A stretch of DNA of 64,000 nt, from assembly GCA_963823555.1 (NCBI GenBank), contig CAWGMA010000003.1:576001-640000 (forward strand), read 5' to 3'. The translations under genes were made by a program, and so were the position numbers. Positions within the stretch are counted from its first letter, which is position 1; every line of letters begins with the position of its first letter. The DNA is from Candidatus Eiseniibacteriota bacterium (GTDB lineage Bacteria > Eisenbacteria > RBG-16-71-46 > CAVPCR01). Positions 19,454 to 29,769 of this stretch are shown here, in pieces. The notes beneath the pieces are model-generated. The model was not told the origin of the DNA and did not search any database. It was given only the letters and a program-made list of their open reading frames with translations.

Positions 19454-20903
19454 CGCGCCTGGATTCTACATCGGACCCAATAACGGGTGCGGTTTGTCTT
19501 TCAATGGGCGGAATGCGCTTCTTCTGTCCGAGGGTGGCCCGGATGTCACAGTCTGCGACGGGAGCAATGTCTGCCAATGGATGGGCATTGGCCCTCAAGA
19601 GCCTATGGCCGCCGTGTCCGGATTCACGGTGATTCAGGGCGCTTCTTCCGGTGCACTCCTCATCAGAGACTCGACGCCCACCATTTCCAACTGCGTATTC
19701 TCACAATGCACTGTTGATGGAGCAGTGACCATCGACGGTGCGGCAGCGCCTACGTTTGTAGACTGTCGGTTTGAAGGGAACGAAGATCCCCTGCCCTCAG
19801 GTGTGCCAGCCAGCGTCAACGCTGCAGTAGTTGTGGACGAGGGCGCCCAACCGTCATTCATCCGGTGCCAATTTACGAGCAACGTGGGCGCCTTGGCTGT
19901 CGCCAATGGCTCTGGCGCCACCTTGGTTGACTGTGTCTTCGTGGAAAATTGGGATAGCGAGAAGGGGTGCTTTGAGATCGCCGGCTCTATGGCAACGCTG
20001 CAGGGGTGCTCGTTCTCCGGCAACGGCGCATATTCCGGGCATGGGGGTGCCATCTTCGCTAGAGCCTCGACCTTGGAGCTTACTGGCTGTTCCTTCGCTG
20101 ACAATGTTGCGATTCAAGGGAATGGAGGTGCGATCTACATCGATCACACGTCCTCAAGCATCGTGTCATGCACTCTTGCAGATAACACTTCAGTTGGTGG
20201 CGTTGGCGGGGGGATCGCACTCGACTCAAGCGAGACAGTGATGTCGCGCACTGATCTTGTAGGGAACTCAGCAACTCTAGGGTCTGGTCTCGCCGTGTTG
20301 CGGGGATCGTCGGCAGGTGTTCAGAACGCGATCGTTGCATTTGGTGTGCAGGGATCGGCCGCTCTCTGCGGAGGGAATAGCTTGTTGATCATGTCTTGTT
20401 CTGACATCTACGGGAATACTGGAGGAGACTGGACCGCTTGTCTCTCCGGCCAGCTCGGGATCAACGGCAACTTCAGTGCCGATCCGCAATTCTGCGATGC
20501 TGAAGGCGGCGACTTCAGAATATCCGGCAACTCCCCATGCTCACCGCAGAATGCGCCTCAAGGGTGTGGCCTCATTGGCGCCATGCCAATTGGGTGTGAG
20601 ACAACGGCGCTAGCTGAAGAGCAAGTACCGCCAAGCGGCGGATGGCTGTCGATAGCCCCGAACCCCGTGCGCGGCGTCGCCGAGTTCTCTCTCGAAGGTG
20701 CTGGCCCGCGAGTCCTTAGTATCTTCGATTCGCAGGGACGTCTGGTCGAGCGCCTCGCGGGAAGCGATGGCCGCTGGACTTGGACCCCGGGCGCGTTGAC
20801 GGCGGGCGTCTACTTCGCGAGGCTGGACGGGGGCGGGATCGGAGAGACAGTCAAGTTTCTCTACCTACGATGAATTGGATGACACCTCTGGTCACGGAGG
20901 ACC

Positions 20904-21848
20904 ATGGCCATGCGTTCTCGTTGGTTGACCCGTGTGCGTTGGCTCATGTTGATGGCGATGGCGAGCACGGCTGTCTCTGCCGTGGCGAGCGAGCGGCAAC
21001 TTACGATGCGCCCCTCGCTTGACGGCCAGCCAGCTTGGTCGCCGGACGGGCGCTGGATCGCCTTCATCTCGATCCCGCCGCCACCGCTCTCTCCGCCGGA
21101 CATCTGGGTCATGCGAGCAGATGGCGCCGACGCAGCGCAACTGACAGCAACCGACGCCTCGTGGGATTCGAATCCGGATTGGTCGCCTGACGGCGAGTGG
21201 ATCGCTTACACATCCCACGTGTTTCCGCAGCTGAATCCCGACATCTGGGCGATGCTTGCGGCCGGTGGTTCCGGGGTCCCGCTGACCTCCGATCCCGGGG
21301 CTGAGTCACACCCGGCGTGGTCTCCGGATGGCTCGCTGATCGCGTTCAACGCGACGCGCGATGGGAACTCCGACATCTGGGTCATGCCGGCGGGAGGAGG
21401 AGGAGCGACGCGGCTCACGGTCGACCCGGCGGAAGACTACCAGCCAGTCTGGTCCCCGGATGGTTCGGAGATCGCCTTCACCTCGTGGCGTGGCGGTACC
21501 TCGGACATCTGGATCATGCCGGCGACCGGAGGGCCAGCTCGCCAGATCACGGACTTCCCGACCTACGAGTCGCAGCCAGATTGGGCGCCCGATGGTAGGT
21601 GGATAGCCTACGTCTCTTCCCGAAACGGCAATGAGGACATCTGGGTCGTGGGGGCGTCAGGCGGGACGCCCGCGCAGCTCACGGCCGAGCCCGGGACCGA
21701 CGACGAGCCGGCGTGGTCCCCGAACGGTCGTGAGATCGCCTTTGAATCCGATCGAACAGGGAACCTGGAGGTCTGGGTTCTGGATGTTGACCTTCCCGTA
21801 GCGATCGGGCCGACAAGCTGGGGTGCCGTCAAGGTGCTCTTCCGATGA
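20904..21848 (+). CDS. Secreted TolB-like PD40 beta-propeller with SWGxxK tail
   Basis: Six P-x-W-[SA]-P-[DN]-G-x-x-IA repeats; signal peptide; ends VAIGPTSWGAVKVLFR. Confidence 0.92.
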   Translation: MAMRSRWLTRVRWLMLMAMASTAVSAVASERQLTMRPSLDGQPAWSPDGRWIAFISIPPPPLSPPDIWVMRADGADAAQLTATDASWDSNPDWSPDGEWIAYTSHVFPQLNPDIWAMLAAGGSGVPLTSDPGAESHPAWSPDGSLIAFNATRDGNSDIWVMPAGGGGATRLTVDPAEDYQPVWSPDGSEIAFTSWRGGTSDIWIMPATGGPARQITDFPTYESQPDWAPDGRWIAYVSSRNGNEDIWVVGASGGTPAQLTAEPGTDDEPAWSPNGREIAFESDRTGNLEVWVLDVDLPVAIGPTSWGAVKVLFR

Positions 21849-21954
21849 GGGGTCTGGGATCCGTGGCGAGCTTCACTCCTTCCTCTCGCGGATGGTGGCC
21901 CCGCCGCCCGTCGCCCGGCCGCCAGCGGGTCCCCCTCAGGCCGACCCCGGAATC

Positions 21955-22243
21955 GGGGCATCCCCTCCCGCCCAACCGGCCGAAAAGGGGCATCCCCTCG
22001 GGCGGACATGGCCGATTTGGGGCATCGGCCTTCCCGGAACCCCCCGAAAAGGGGCATGGCATCCCGGCCAACCGGCCCAAAAGGGGCATCGGAAACCGGG
22101 TCATGGGCAGAAAGAGGCGTCCAGGCGGGGAGACCGAGAATGCCCTAACCCGTTATCCTGTCGTCTGATGTGCGGTCTTGTGCACCTGCCGAGGGGCAGC
22201 CAGAACGCGATTTTGGGGCTGATTCCTGCCCATGAAATGCCCC
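21955..22243. repeat. Phased GGGGCAT array (five copies at 32-bp period, plus inverted copies)
   Basis: GGGGCAT at 21955, 21987, 22019, 22051, 22083; ATGCCC at 22140 and ATGCCCC at 22237. Confidence 0.85.
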
Positions 22244-22550
22244 TTTGAGGCCCGGAAGCCCCGGAAACTGCCGCCAACCTGCCCGTCTCAGCCGTCCAGA
22301 AGCCGTGATCCTGCCGTCCTGCTGCCCGCCTCGGGCTATCTTGTCGCCTTCCGACGGAAAGGCGACATGAGTTCAATAACGGCGTGGAGGCGCAGGATGC
22401 TGCGGCACGTAGATAGCTGTGGTTCATCGTCGTAAACGGTGTACTTCGCGTTCAGTAGACACCTGTCTTGAACAAGGGGCACACCTGAGCCAGCACACCG
22501 CAAGCCAGCGCGAGGCGCTGCCTGCCGGCGGCGGTCTCCGGGAGGCGCGG

Positions 22551-23036
22551 TTAGGGATACACCGCCTTTATGCGGCCCCACGTCGTTGGCTCGATCGCCA
22601 TCGTAGAGCAAGGGGCCGCTACCGCCCCAACGACCTGGAATATGCGATGGCAACCGATAGCTCCGCAGTTGAAAAACGAACCGAGCAGCCTCACCTCCTG
22701 GCCCAGCAGGGGACCCAAGTCCACGCTGTCGCTTTCCAGAAAGAATCCACCGTACTGGCCGCAGCGTAGTAGGCAGAATGGCCTGAAGCAGCACTCCGGA
22801 ATGGTAATACAATCGTTCCGGAGTTGACCGGAGACCTCAAGCGTGTCGGTGGGCGTCGGTGCTCCAGAGACACGGATATCGTTCTCCGGACCCTGCAACG
22901 GCCCTGCGGTCTCTCCGATCGCCCACCGCGCTGTCGATATCCAGATGCCCATGATAAACGCCAAGGCCCACCCGGTGGCTTGCAGTGCCGCCCAAAGTGC
23001 GACTCCTCGATCAGGTGAGGTTCTGCTTGCGTTCAT
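22551..23036 (-). CDS. Small Cys-containing secreted protein with TWGxxK tail
   Basis: Hydrophobic N-terminus; ends MAIEPTTWGRIKAVYP. Confidence 0.8.
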   Translation of the reverse strand: MNASRTSPDRGVALWAALQATGWALAFIMGIWISTARWAIGETAGPLQGPENDIRVSGAPTPTDTLEVSGQLRNDCITIPECCFRPFCLLRCGQYGGFFLESDSVDLGPLLGQEVRLLGSFFNCGAIGCHRIFQVVGAVAAPCSTMAIEPTTWGRIKAVYP

Positions 23037-23080
23037 TTCCTAGCCCTCCGCTCCGACAGTTCACTGTCCTCACCCCCCCC

Positions 23081-25501
23081 TTAGCGTTGGATGACAAGCT
23101 TCCCACGCCCCACAGTGGCCTCGTCAATGTGGAGCGTGTAGAAGTACGGGCCGTTCGAAACCCCATGTCCCCCGGAATTGCGCCCGTCCCACCAGAACCA
23201 CCGCCGGCCCGCAGGCATCCGCTCGGGTCCCAGGCTCCGAACCAGCCTGCCACTAACATCGTAGATCCGAAGTGCCGTGTTGCCCACTCGTGGCAGCTCC
23301 ATCTGCACCCGAACCCGTTCGCCGATACTCGGTCCGGGCCACGTGTCCACCCGCAGCGGCTCCGTCCCCGCACCGTCGGTCGCCGTGATGGTGGCCTGTG
23401 CGATGGCGGTGAAGGCAATCCGTGCCTGGTCGTAGTGATACGGCACAAAGAGAGGCGGAAGATCTGGCCGATGGACCTCGTAGACATAGGTTTCCAGCGT
23501 CACGACTGTCGCGCTCACGTGCACGACGCTTGCCCAGGATGGCGGGGTATCGTAGTAGTCGATGGGGTTCGATGCCGGCCACCCGATCGTGCCGGAGATT
23601 CGGTACCACACGGCCGGAGGCTCCAGGAACGCTGAGTCGAACTCATGCGTTGCCGTCAGCCTGTAGCGGATCGTCTCATACGTTCCATCCGTGAGCCCGG
23701 GAACTCGACTGAACGCCTGGTTCAGGAGAACCTGGTCCGATACCACAGGATCAAGCTGCCGTTGCTCGACTGCCTTGAATGGCGCGACGAACAGGAGAGC
23801 GGCGTCAGCCCTCACGAGTCCGTGTCCGGTTTCCACATCAAAGTGGGGCGGACCCACATCCCTCGCGGTTCGGATCATGATTTGGCCAAAGTCCTCTCCC
23901 ATGAGGACGGGTCTGTACGACTCAAGGAGGGCGGCAATCCCGCTGACAAAGGGCGCCGCCGCGGACGTGCCGGTAAAGCCGTCCGAGACACAAAGAGGGT
24001 GTGCGGGGTCCATGTCATAGTACTGGTTGAAGCGGCGCGTTGTAGCGATCGCCTTTCCGCCGGGGGCACACACATCAATCCAGGAGCCGTATGTCGAGCC
24101 GGGTCCCCAGCCAGGATCACATCCTTCAACATCTTGGTCGCGCCACCGCTGTCCGTTCAAGTAGAGAGCTCCAACGGCGAACACCGTATGTTCATGGGCA
24201 GCCGGATAGAACCGCATGGTACTATTGACATTGCCCATAATCGAGACAAGGAACGACCCAGCGAGGGCGCCAGTGCGCGCCGCATCGGCTTCGAGCGGAT
24301 TGAAGGCGCCTCCGTAATAGCTCATGTTGAGGATCGGGATACGCCGCTGCTGTGCCCAGTAGATGCCATACGCGCTAATGATGGCGGAGCCGAATCCTCC
24401 GGAGTCGATGACTTTGACAGCCACCCCCGTTGGCGACCAACTGACGCCGACGACTCCCTCATCATTGTTTCCGGTAGCACCGATGATGCCGGCAACGGCT
24501 GTGCCGTGTCCGTTGTCGTCCCAAGGAGGGCTATTGGGGGAGACGTAGTTGAAGCCGCTCCGCATGCGTGGCGCGAGATCGACATGCATCGTGTCAATTC
24601 CGGTGTCGAGAATAGCCACCCATGCCGAGGTGGTCCCCGTGTGCAGGTCCCATGCCTCTCTGGCGTTGATGTCGATGTCGTCGCCGATGCCCCATTGCCC
24701 AACGTTGTGGAGGCCTGTCTGTCGTGGATAGAAAGTATCATTCGGGTCGTTCCCGGCAACGCGCAGATGGTCCGCTGTTACGTACACGGTCCCGTTCTGG
24801 TGCTGGAGCATGTAGACAGCCGTCAGAGCATGGTGGCCGGCCGCCATCGAAGCGAGGTAGATAGTGGACAGGTCATCGAGGATGATATCCTTGCCGAGGT
24901 CGTTTGTAGAATAGATGCTGTGTTGGTCGAATGAGGGTAGCCATTTCGTCAATGCGATCACGTGTGCCGCGGAAAGAGCGGCAGCGAGCCCCGGCACAGT
25001 GAAGTGGTAGGCGTCCAAGGGACCGCTGGCTGGTGCGCCTTTTGCCACTGCACCTGGATTGAACCTGATGATGATACGGTCGGCACGTGCACCTATCCCG
25101 TTGCAGGTCCAGTTGGAAATGGGGATGGGAGGCAGCGCATTACCTGCGTTTGACGATCTCACAGTCAAGGATCCGTGCCTGGCACCCTCTTCGGTTGGGC
25201 AGGCGCGAATGACGACCGGGATGCTTCTGCCACCAGGGACCGCGGCCGGCAAGGTTGGAGCAACAGCGATGGTGTAACCAGCCCCAGTGACGGTCAGTTC
25301 GGTAATGTAGAGCGTTGACGTGGGGTCCTCGCTCATATTCGAGATGGTACCGACGAGGTCAGTGCAGTAGCCCACAGTGACACACCCGAAGTCGAGCGTG
25401 TCGGGGCTGAAACCCATGATCGGAGTCAGCGGTGTGGAAAGGCAGAGGTTGGGGAAAGCGAAGGTGGCGACCATGATATAGGCGGGCAGATGGCGGCACA
25501 T
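23081..25501 (-). CDS. Secreted S8 subtilisin-like peptidase with N-terminal Ig-like domain and FlgD-like CTD
   Basis: AAGGAGG RBS; VAILDTGID, GHGTAVAG, GTSAAAP triad; IYDVSGRLVR…WDGRN…GPYF. Confidence 0.93.
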   Translation of the reverse strand: MCRHLPAYIMVATFAFPNLCLSTPLTPIMGFSPDTLDFGCVTVGYCTDLVGTISNMSEDPTSTLYITELTVTGAGYTIAVAPTLPAAVPGGRSIPVVIRACPTEEGARHGSLTVRSSNAGNALPPIPISNWTCNGIGARADRIIIRFNPGAVAKGAPASGPLDAYHFTVPGLAAALSAAHVIALTKWLPSFDQHSIYSTNDLGKDIILDDLSTIYLASMAAGHHALTAVYMLQHQNGTVYVTADHLRVAGNDPNDTFYPRQTGLHNVGQWGIGDDIDINAREAWDLHTGTTSAWVAILDTGIDTMHVDLAPRMRSGFNYVSPNSPPWDDNGHGTAVAGIIGATGNNDEGVVGVSWSPTGVAVKVIDSGGFGSAIISAYGIYWAQQRRIPILNMSYYGGAFNPLEADAARTGALAGSFLVSIMGNVNSTMRFYPAAHEHTVFAVGALYLNGQRWRDQDVEGCDPGWGPGSTYGSWIDVCAPGGKAIATTRRFNQYYDMDPAHPLCVSDGFTGTSAAAPFVSGIAALLESYRPVLMGEDFGQIMIRTARDVGPPHFDVETGHGLVRADAALLFVAPFKAVEQRQLDPVVSDQVLLNQAFSRVPGLTDGTYETIRYRLTATHEFDSAFLEPPAVWYRISGTIGWPASNPIDYYDTPPSWASVVHVSATVVTLETYVYEVHRPDLPPLFVPYHYDQARIAFTAIAQATITATDGAGTEPLRVDTWPGPSIGERVRVQMELPRVGNTALRIYDVSGRLVRSLGPERMPAGRRWFWWDGRNSGGHGVSNGPYFYTLHIDEATVGRGKLVIQR

Positions 25502-26092
25502 CGAACGTCCTCCTTGGCGGGGCAATGCTGCTCGCGGTGGTCGTGGCGCGGTTGGCGACGAATGGCAAGCGGATGGTGGCATGTGCCTCGGGACGTCGGA
25601 TGATGCGGCGAGTGGGGGGATGCTGAACTCGGTGCCATGAACCACGCCAATCCGGATTGCGCGAGGGGCTTGTGTTCTCGCGGCGCCCGGATCGGCGCTC
25701 AAGGGTGAGAGGGTGTTCGCGGCATCTCGGGCGGTCATGGCGGACCTCCTAAAGGGCTCCCGAGGGAGTCCGGCCCCCAGCCCCGGGCGGGGCGCGCGAG
25801 GCCAGAGGTCTTGGGAACCATGCTGCGCCCCTCGGTTGGCCCGTGCAAGGGGGATTCGCTGAGCCGGGGCAACTTGACCTGCAATCCCCGTTGTGCATCT
25901 GTCCAGCAATGTCGAGGCGGCTCAGGCGGGCCATCTGCTTGTGCAGACACGACTTCCCCGCTCTTGGCCGATCGCAGTGCGGCATCGGCCACGCCGGGCG
26001 TAGTGTCCGAGAATAGTGCGCCGTGGCAAGGTGGCGACTTCCAGCGGGTGCAAGTCCCGCCCGGCGACGGGTCGCTCCAGCCGGAATCCGTC

Positions 26093-26572
26093 TCAGCACA
26101 CCATCCCCCTCAGCCTCTCGAACATCTCCTCGTCGCTCGGGTAGATGTACGCCGTGGTCGTGAGCGGGCTCGCGTGGCGGGCGAACCGCTGGGCGAGGAA
26201 GAGGTCGCGGGTGGCGAGGTAGACACAAGTTATTGCGGCATGGCGCAAACTGTGGAACGGATACAGCCGCGAGAACCCGGCGACGACCTGCCACGCGCGA
26301 AATAGGACCTGGACGCGGCGTCGTGAGATTCGTCGGCGTCCCTGGTTGCAGAAGAGCGGGGCCGAGGGGTCCACGCGCTCGTGGCGCGCCTGCTTGTAGA
26401 GCCAGAAGCGCGCCAGCTTCGCCACCAGCGCGTCGGGTAGAAACACGTCTCCCGCTCGCCCGCCCTTGGCTATCTCGGCGCGGAGACGAACGCGGGCGCG
26501 CGGTGACCCGTCTTCGAAGAACACGTCACCCACGTTGAGCCCGACGATCTCCCCGAGGCGGAGGCCGGTGCC
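26093..26572 (-). pseudogene. Small tyrosine recombinase, C-terminal part (fragment 1)
   Basis: [27 protein letters not shown]. Confidence 0.9.
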
Positions 26573-27267
26573 GCTCCGCCGATCTCGGCGGCGCGCTCGC
26601 CACTGGCGCGAGCGCCATCCTGAGAAACTGCACTCTGTACCAGAACACGGGGTTGGGTCCGGAGGGCGCAGGTGCCGGGCTCTGGATCGGCGCGGCCCAG
26701 GGGGTCACGGTCGAGAACACGATCATCGCTGCCAGCACGCAGGGGCAGGCCATCACGTGCCACGTCGGCATCGTGATGATGAGCTGTAACGACATCTTCG
26801 GCAACGCGGGTGGCGACTACGTCGGTTGCATCAGCGGCTCCGAGGGCGTTGACGGGAACATCTCTGCCGACCCGCAGTTCTGCGACGCTGGCGGCGAGGC
26901 CTTCACCTTGAACGCCGCGTCGCCGTGCGCGCCAGCGAACGCACCTCCTGGCTGTGGGCTGATCGGCGCGTTTGACGTGGGCTGTGGGCAGGCCGCGATC
27001 GAGGAGGGTGGAGTGGCCGCAGCCCGGCCGCTCATCTCGCTCACGCCTAATCCGGTCTGGTCTTCGGCGCAGATTGCAGTGCGCGGGCCCATGCCTGGGC
27101 GAATCATCGAGATCATCACGACGGCTGGTCGAGTTATCGACGCTCTCCGCGCTGATGCGGGTGGCGGGATCACGTGGCACCCATCCCGCGACCTGCCGTC
27201 GGGGGTCTACTTCGCCCGCCTGAGGGGCGGCGAGACGGGCACCGCGCGCTTCGTTCTCATTCGGTAG
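26572..27267 (+). pseudogene. 5'-truncated beta-helix protein with CTD
   Basis: Frame begins mid-repeat (RSADLGGAL…LRNCTLYQN) at the integrase junction; NISADPQFC, SPCAP…CGLIGA, PNP…SGVYFARL. Confidence 0.85.
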
Positions 27268-27720
27268 CGCCATCCCTTCGCGATCTCGCGCCGAAGGTGA
27301 CCCGCGTGCGCGGTGTGCCGTCGTCGAAGAACACGTCTGCCACGTTCAAGCCGACGATCTCGCCGAGCCGGAGGCCGGTGCCGAGGGCCACCGAGAAAAT
27401 CAGGTGGTCGCGGGGGTGGGTGAAGGTGGCTTGCAGGAGTGCGCGCTGCTCGGCCTGGGTGAGGGTCGGGGGACTGAGATAGGGCATGGATCGCCTCGCG
27501 GGATGACGGTGACGAGATGAGGGTCCCTGCCGGCGAGGGGAAGATCAAGCCTGCACCGGGTCGCATGGCAAGGCCGTCGCGCGGGTGTCCTTCGCTCACG
27601 CCCAGCAGGGCTCGCTGCTCGGCGGCGGTCAGGGTCGGTGGGGATAGGTGGGGCACCGGTATCCTCCGGGGCCGGGACCATGGTGCCTCGGGGTGGTGGG
27701 GGGGCAAGCCTGCAGGGCGG
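27268..27720 (-). pseudogene. Small tyrosine recombinase N-terminus (fragment 2, start 27487), preceded by a second N-terminal stub
   Basis: [18 protein letters not shown]…[20 protein letters not shown]; upstream stub [17 protein letters not shown]…HPRD. Confidence 0.85.
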
Positions 27721-27830
27721 GGTGACGTCGGCACCAGCGAACGGTTGGGTGGCCTGCTCAAACACTATCACCGGTCGGGCGGCTTGAGAGCTTGAGATGG
27801 GCGTTGCCGATCGAGTTACCGGATACTGCG
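27720..27830 (+). mobile_element. Right-end scar of the rve-type IS seen intact at 51842-53015
   Basis: [16 protein letters not shown] plus CGATCGAGTT…CGGATAC IR remnant. Confidence 0.8.
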
Positions 27831-28003
27831 CGATCCGGATCTTCTCCTCGGCGGAGTAGCGGCGGAGGGCCTTCCGGCGGATCTCGCGGACGACGACTCG
27901 GGACCGAGTTCATAGGCCATGGCTCACCCCCCGGGTTCGGCGTATAATGGAGATGAAGTGTCTCTTCGTTTCAGACCTTGACTTGGTCCCATTGAGGCTG
28001 ACA
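27830..28003 (-). mobile_element. IS3-like element left-end scar
   Basis: TGTCAG terminus; VVREIRRK…RYSAEEKIRI orfA start; related to 47826-47871 plus 49453-49528. Confidence 0.7.
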
Positions 28004-28054
28004 CGAGACAACGAACCACCCCTTCCCCGGGACGGCAGAAAGGAGAGGGCAATC

Positions 28055-29719
28055 ATGCGTCTTCTGCTCCTTGCGATCACCATTGCGACCCTGACACCGC
28101 TATCCGCGTTCTCGACCGAGTTGCCTGGTGGCGTAGCCGACGGAGACACCTTGCGCGCGGACGAGTCGCCCTATTCACTCACTGGAGACCTGCTGGTTCT
28201 GGGTCTGTTTGTCGAACCGGGTGTTGTCGTGGAGGCGGCGGGAAACTACGAGATCCACGTTGTGGGCCTGCTGGTTGCGGTCGGTACGCAGACCGATTCG
28301 ATTAGCTTTACGGCGGCAGACACCGTGGCGGGATGGCAGGGGATGTTCTTCGATCAGAGCTTCCCCGCAACTGAGATCGCCTTTTGCCGCATCGCGAGAT
28401 CGCTCAATAGCGGCATTCGTATCAATAACGCATCGCCGACAGTACGCAACTGCTTGGTCACGGACAACTCGGCGCGGATTGGTGCTGGCTTGCGGATCAG
28501 CGGATCGCTTGAGGTTATGCTCACCAGGTGCGTCATCGAGGGAAACGGATACCAAGGGGATGCTCCGCGGGGCGGCGGCATCTATACAACTGCACCCCTG
28601 GCGCTCGATCACTGCGAGATTGTCAACAATACGATCGACGACTTTCGAGTAGGCGATTGCTTCGGCACGGGGGACGCCTCTGCCCTTGGCGGGGGGATTT
28701 ACGCTGAAGGCGACCTGACCCTTCAGAACGTCGTGGTGGCAGGGAACGTCGCCAACTCAAGAGGCGGACACGAGAACTCCCGCGGCGGAGGCGTCTACTT
28801 GTCAGGAACTCTGACGGCGCACAACTCAGTAGTGCTTCAGAATGTGGCTTCAGCTGGCGGGTGCAACGTTGGTGGTGGTGCCGTTGGCTATGGAGGCGGG
28901 ATTTATCTGGCAGGGAGCGCGTCTATGGGGAACTGTATCGTGTCGGAGTGCAATACGCGCACTTCTGGGGGAGGAGTATACGTCTCTGGATCCGCGACTC
29001 TTGAGAATTGCACGATTGTCTATTGCGGTCCGCCCTCGACCGGGGGCGCCGGTGGCTTGGCCGCCACAGGCGGGAGTAGCGTGGAGTTAAGAAACTGCAT
29101 CGTCTACTTCAACTTGCCGTCACAGCTTTCGGGGCCGACCGTGGCAACGTTTAGCGATGTCGAAGGCGGATGGCCAGGTGAAGGCAACATCAGTCAGCAT
29201 CCTCTGATCGTCCTCAACCCCGAGGAGCCGTGCCATCTTGCGATCCGTTCGGGTTCTCCGTGTGTGGATGGGGGTGACCCTTCGCCGGCGTTTAACGATC
29301 TCTGCTTCCCACCGTCCTGTGGGACATCGCGCAACGACATGGGTGCGCATGGGGGGCCCGGAGGTTGCGAGTGGCCATCTGACGAGTGCGACGTTATCAC
29401 GGCGATAGCGGACGGCCGACAGAGTGCGGCAATCCCAGCAACCCCGGTGATGGGACTGCTCTGTGCACCGAATCCATCACGCTTTGGCTTTGACATTGGG
29501 TACACGTTGCAGCGGAGTTCCTATGTCAGGGGTGAGGTCTTAGACGTGACTGGTCGACTGGTTCGACTGATCGAGGACTCGACGAAGGACGGAGGACCGC
29601 ACTCCGTTCGGTGGGATGGTCGCGATGAACACGGACGGTACGCTGCAAGAGGAGTTTACTTCGTGCGTGTAACGGGTGCGGGGGGGATGGGAACGGCGCG
29701 CGTGGTGTTGCTTCGATAA
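28055..29719 (+). CDS. Secreted beta-helix protein with FlgD-like CTD
   Basis: AGGAG RBS, signal peptide, GGGIY repeats, SPCVDGG…RNDMGAHGG, PNP…WDGRDE…GVYF. Confidence 0.9.
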   Translation: MRLLLLAITIATLTPLSAFSTELPGGVADGDTLRADESPYSLTGDLLVLGLFVEPGVVVEAAGNYEIHVVGLLVAVGTQTDSISFTAADTVAGWQGMFFDQSFPATEIAFCRIARSLNSGIRINNASPTVRNCLVTDNSARIGAGLRISGSLEVMLTRCVIEGNGYQGDAPRGGGIYTTAPLALDHCEIVNNTIDDFRVGDCFGTGDASALGGGIYAEGDLTLQNVVVAGNVANSRGGHENSRGGGVYLSGTLTAHNSVVLQNVASAGGCNVGGGAVGYGGGIYLAGSASMGNCIVSECNTRTSGGGVYVSGSATLENCTIVYCGPPSTGGAGGLAATGGSSVELRNCIVYFNLPSQLSGPTVATFSDVEGGWPGEGNISQHPLIVLNPEEPCHLAIRSGSPCVDGGDPSPAFNDLCFPPSCGTSRNDMGAHGGPGGCEWPSDECDVITAIADGRQSAAIPATPVMGLLCAPNPSRFGFDIGYTLQRSSYVRGEVLDVTGRLVRLIEDSTKDGGPHSVRWDGRDEHGRYAARGVYFVRVTGAGGMGTARVVLLR

Positions 29720-29769
29720 GTCGCTCAAGGAGGCTCGCGCGGAGCGGCCCGACTCAGCAACTGCCTTCT

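Larger units (their letters stand above)
17727..20873 (+). pseudogene. Secreted right-handed beta-helix protein with FlgD/T9SS-like CTD, interrupted by IS256
   Basis: GAGGAGG RBS; signal peptide then ATIRVPSEQPTIQAGI…VLVAPG at 17727-17880, resuming FYIGPNN after the TSD at 19462; CxFxxN/GGAI repeats; PNP…GVYFARL. Confidence 0.9.

Noticed and set aside
17973..20873. 966-aa ORF as one protein (likewise 47964..49721 and 33545..34801)
   Set aside because: These are antisense read-throughs of transposase genes; only the part after 19461 is real beta-helix coding sequence.
21955..22090. CRISPR array
   Set aside because: The conserved unit is only 7-11 bp with a 32-bp period, and no cas genes are present; no CRISPR array was seen anywhere in the window.
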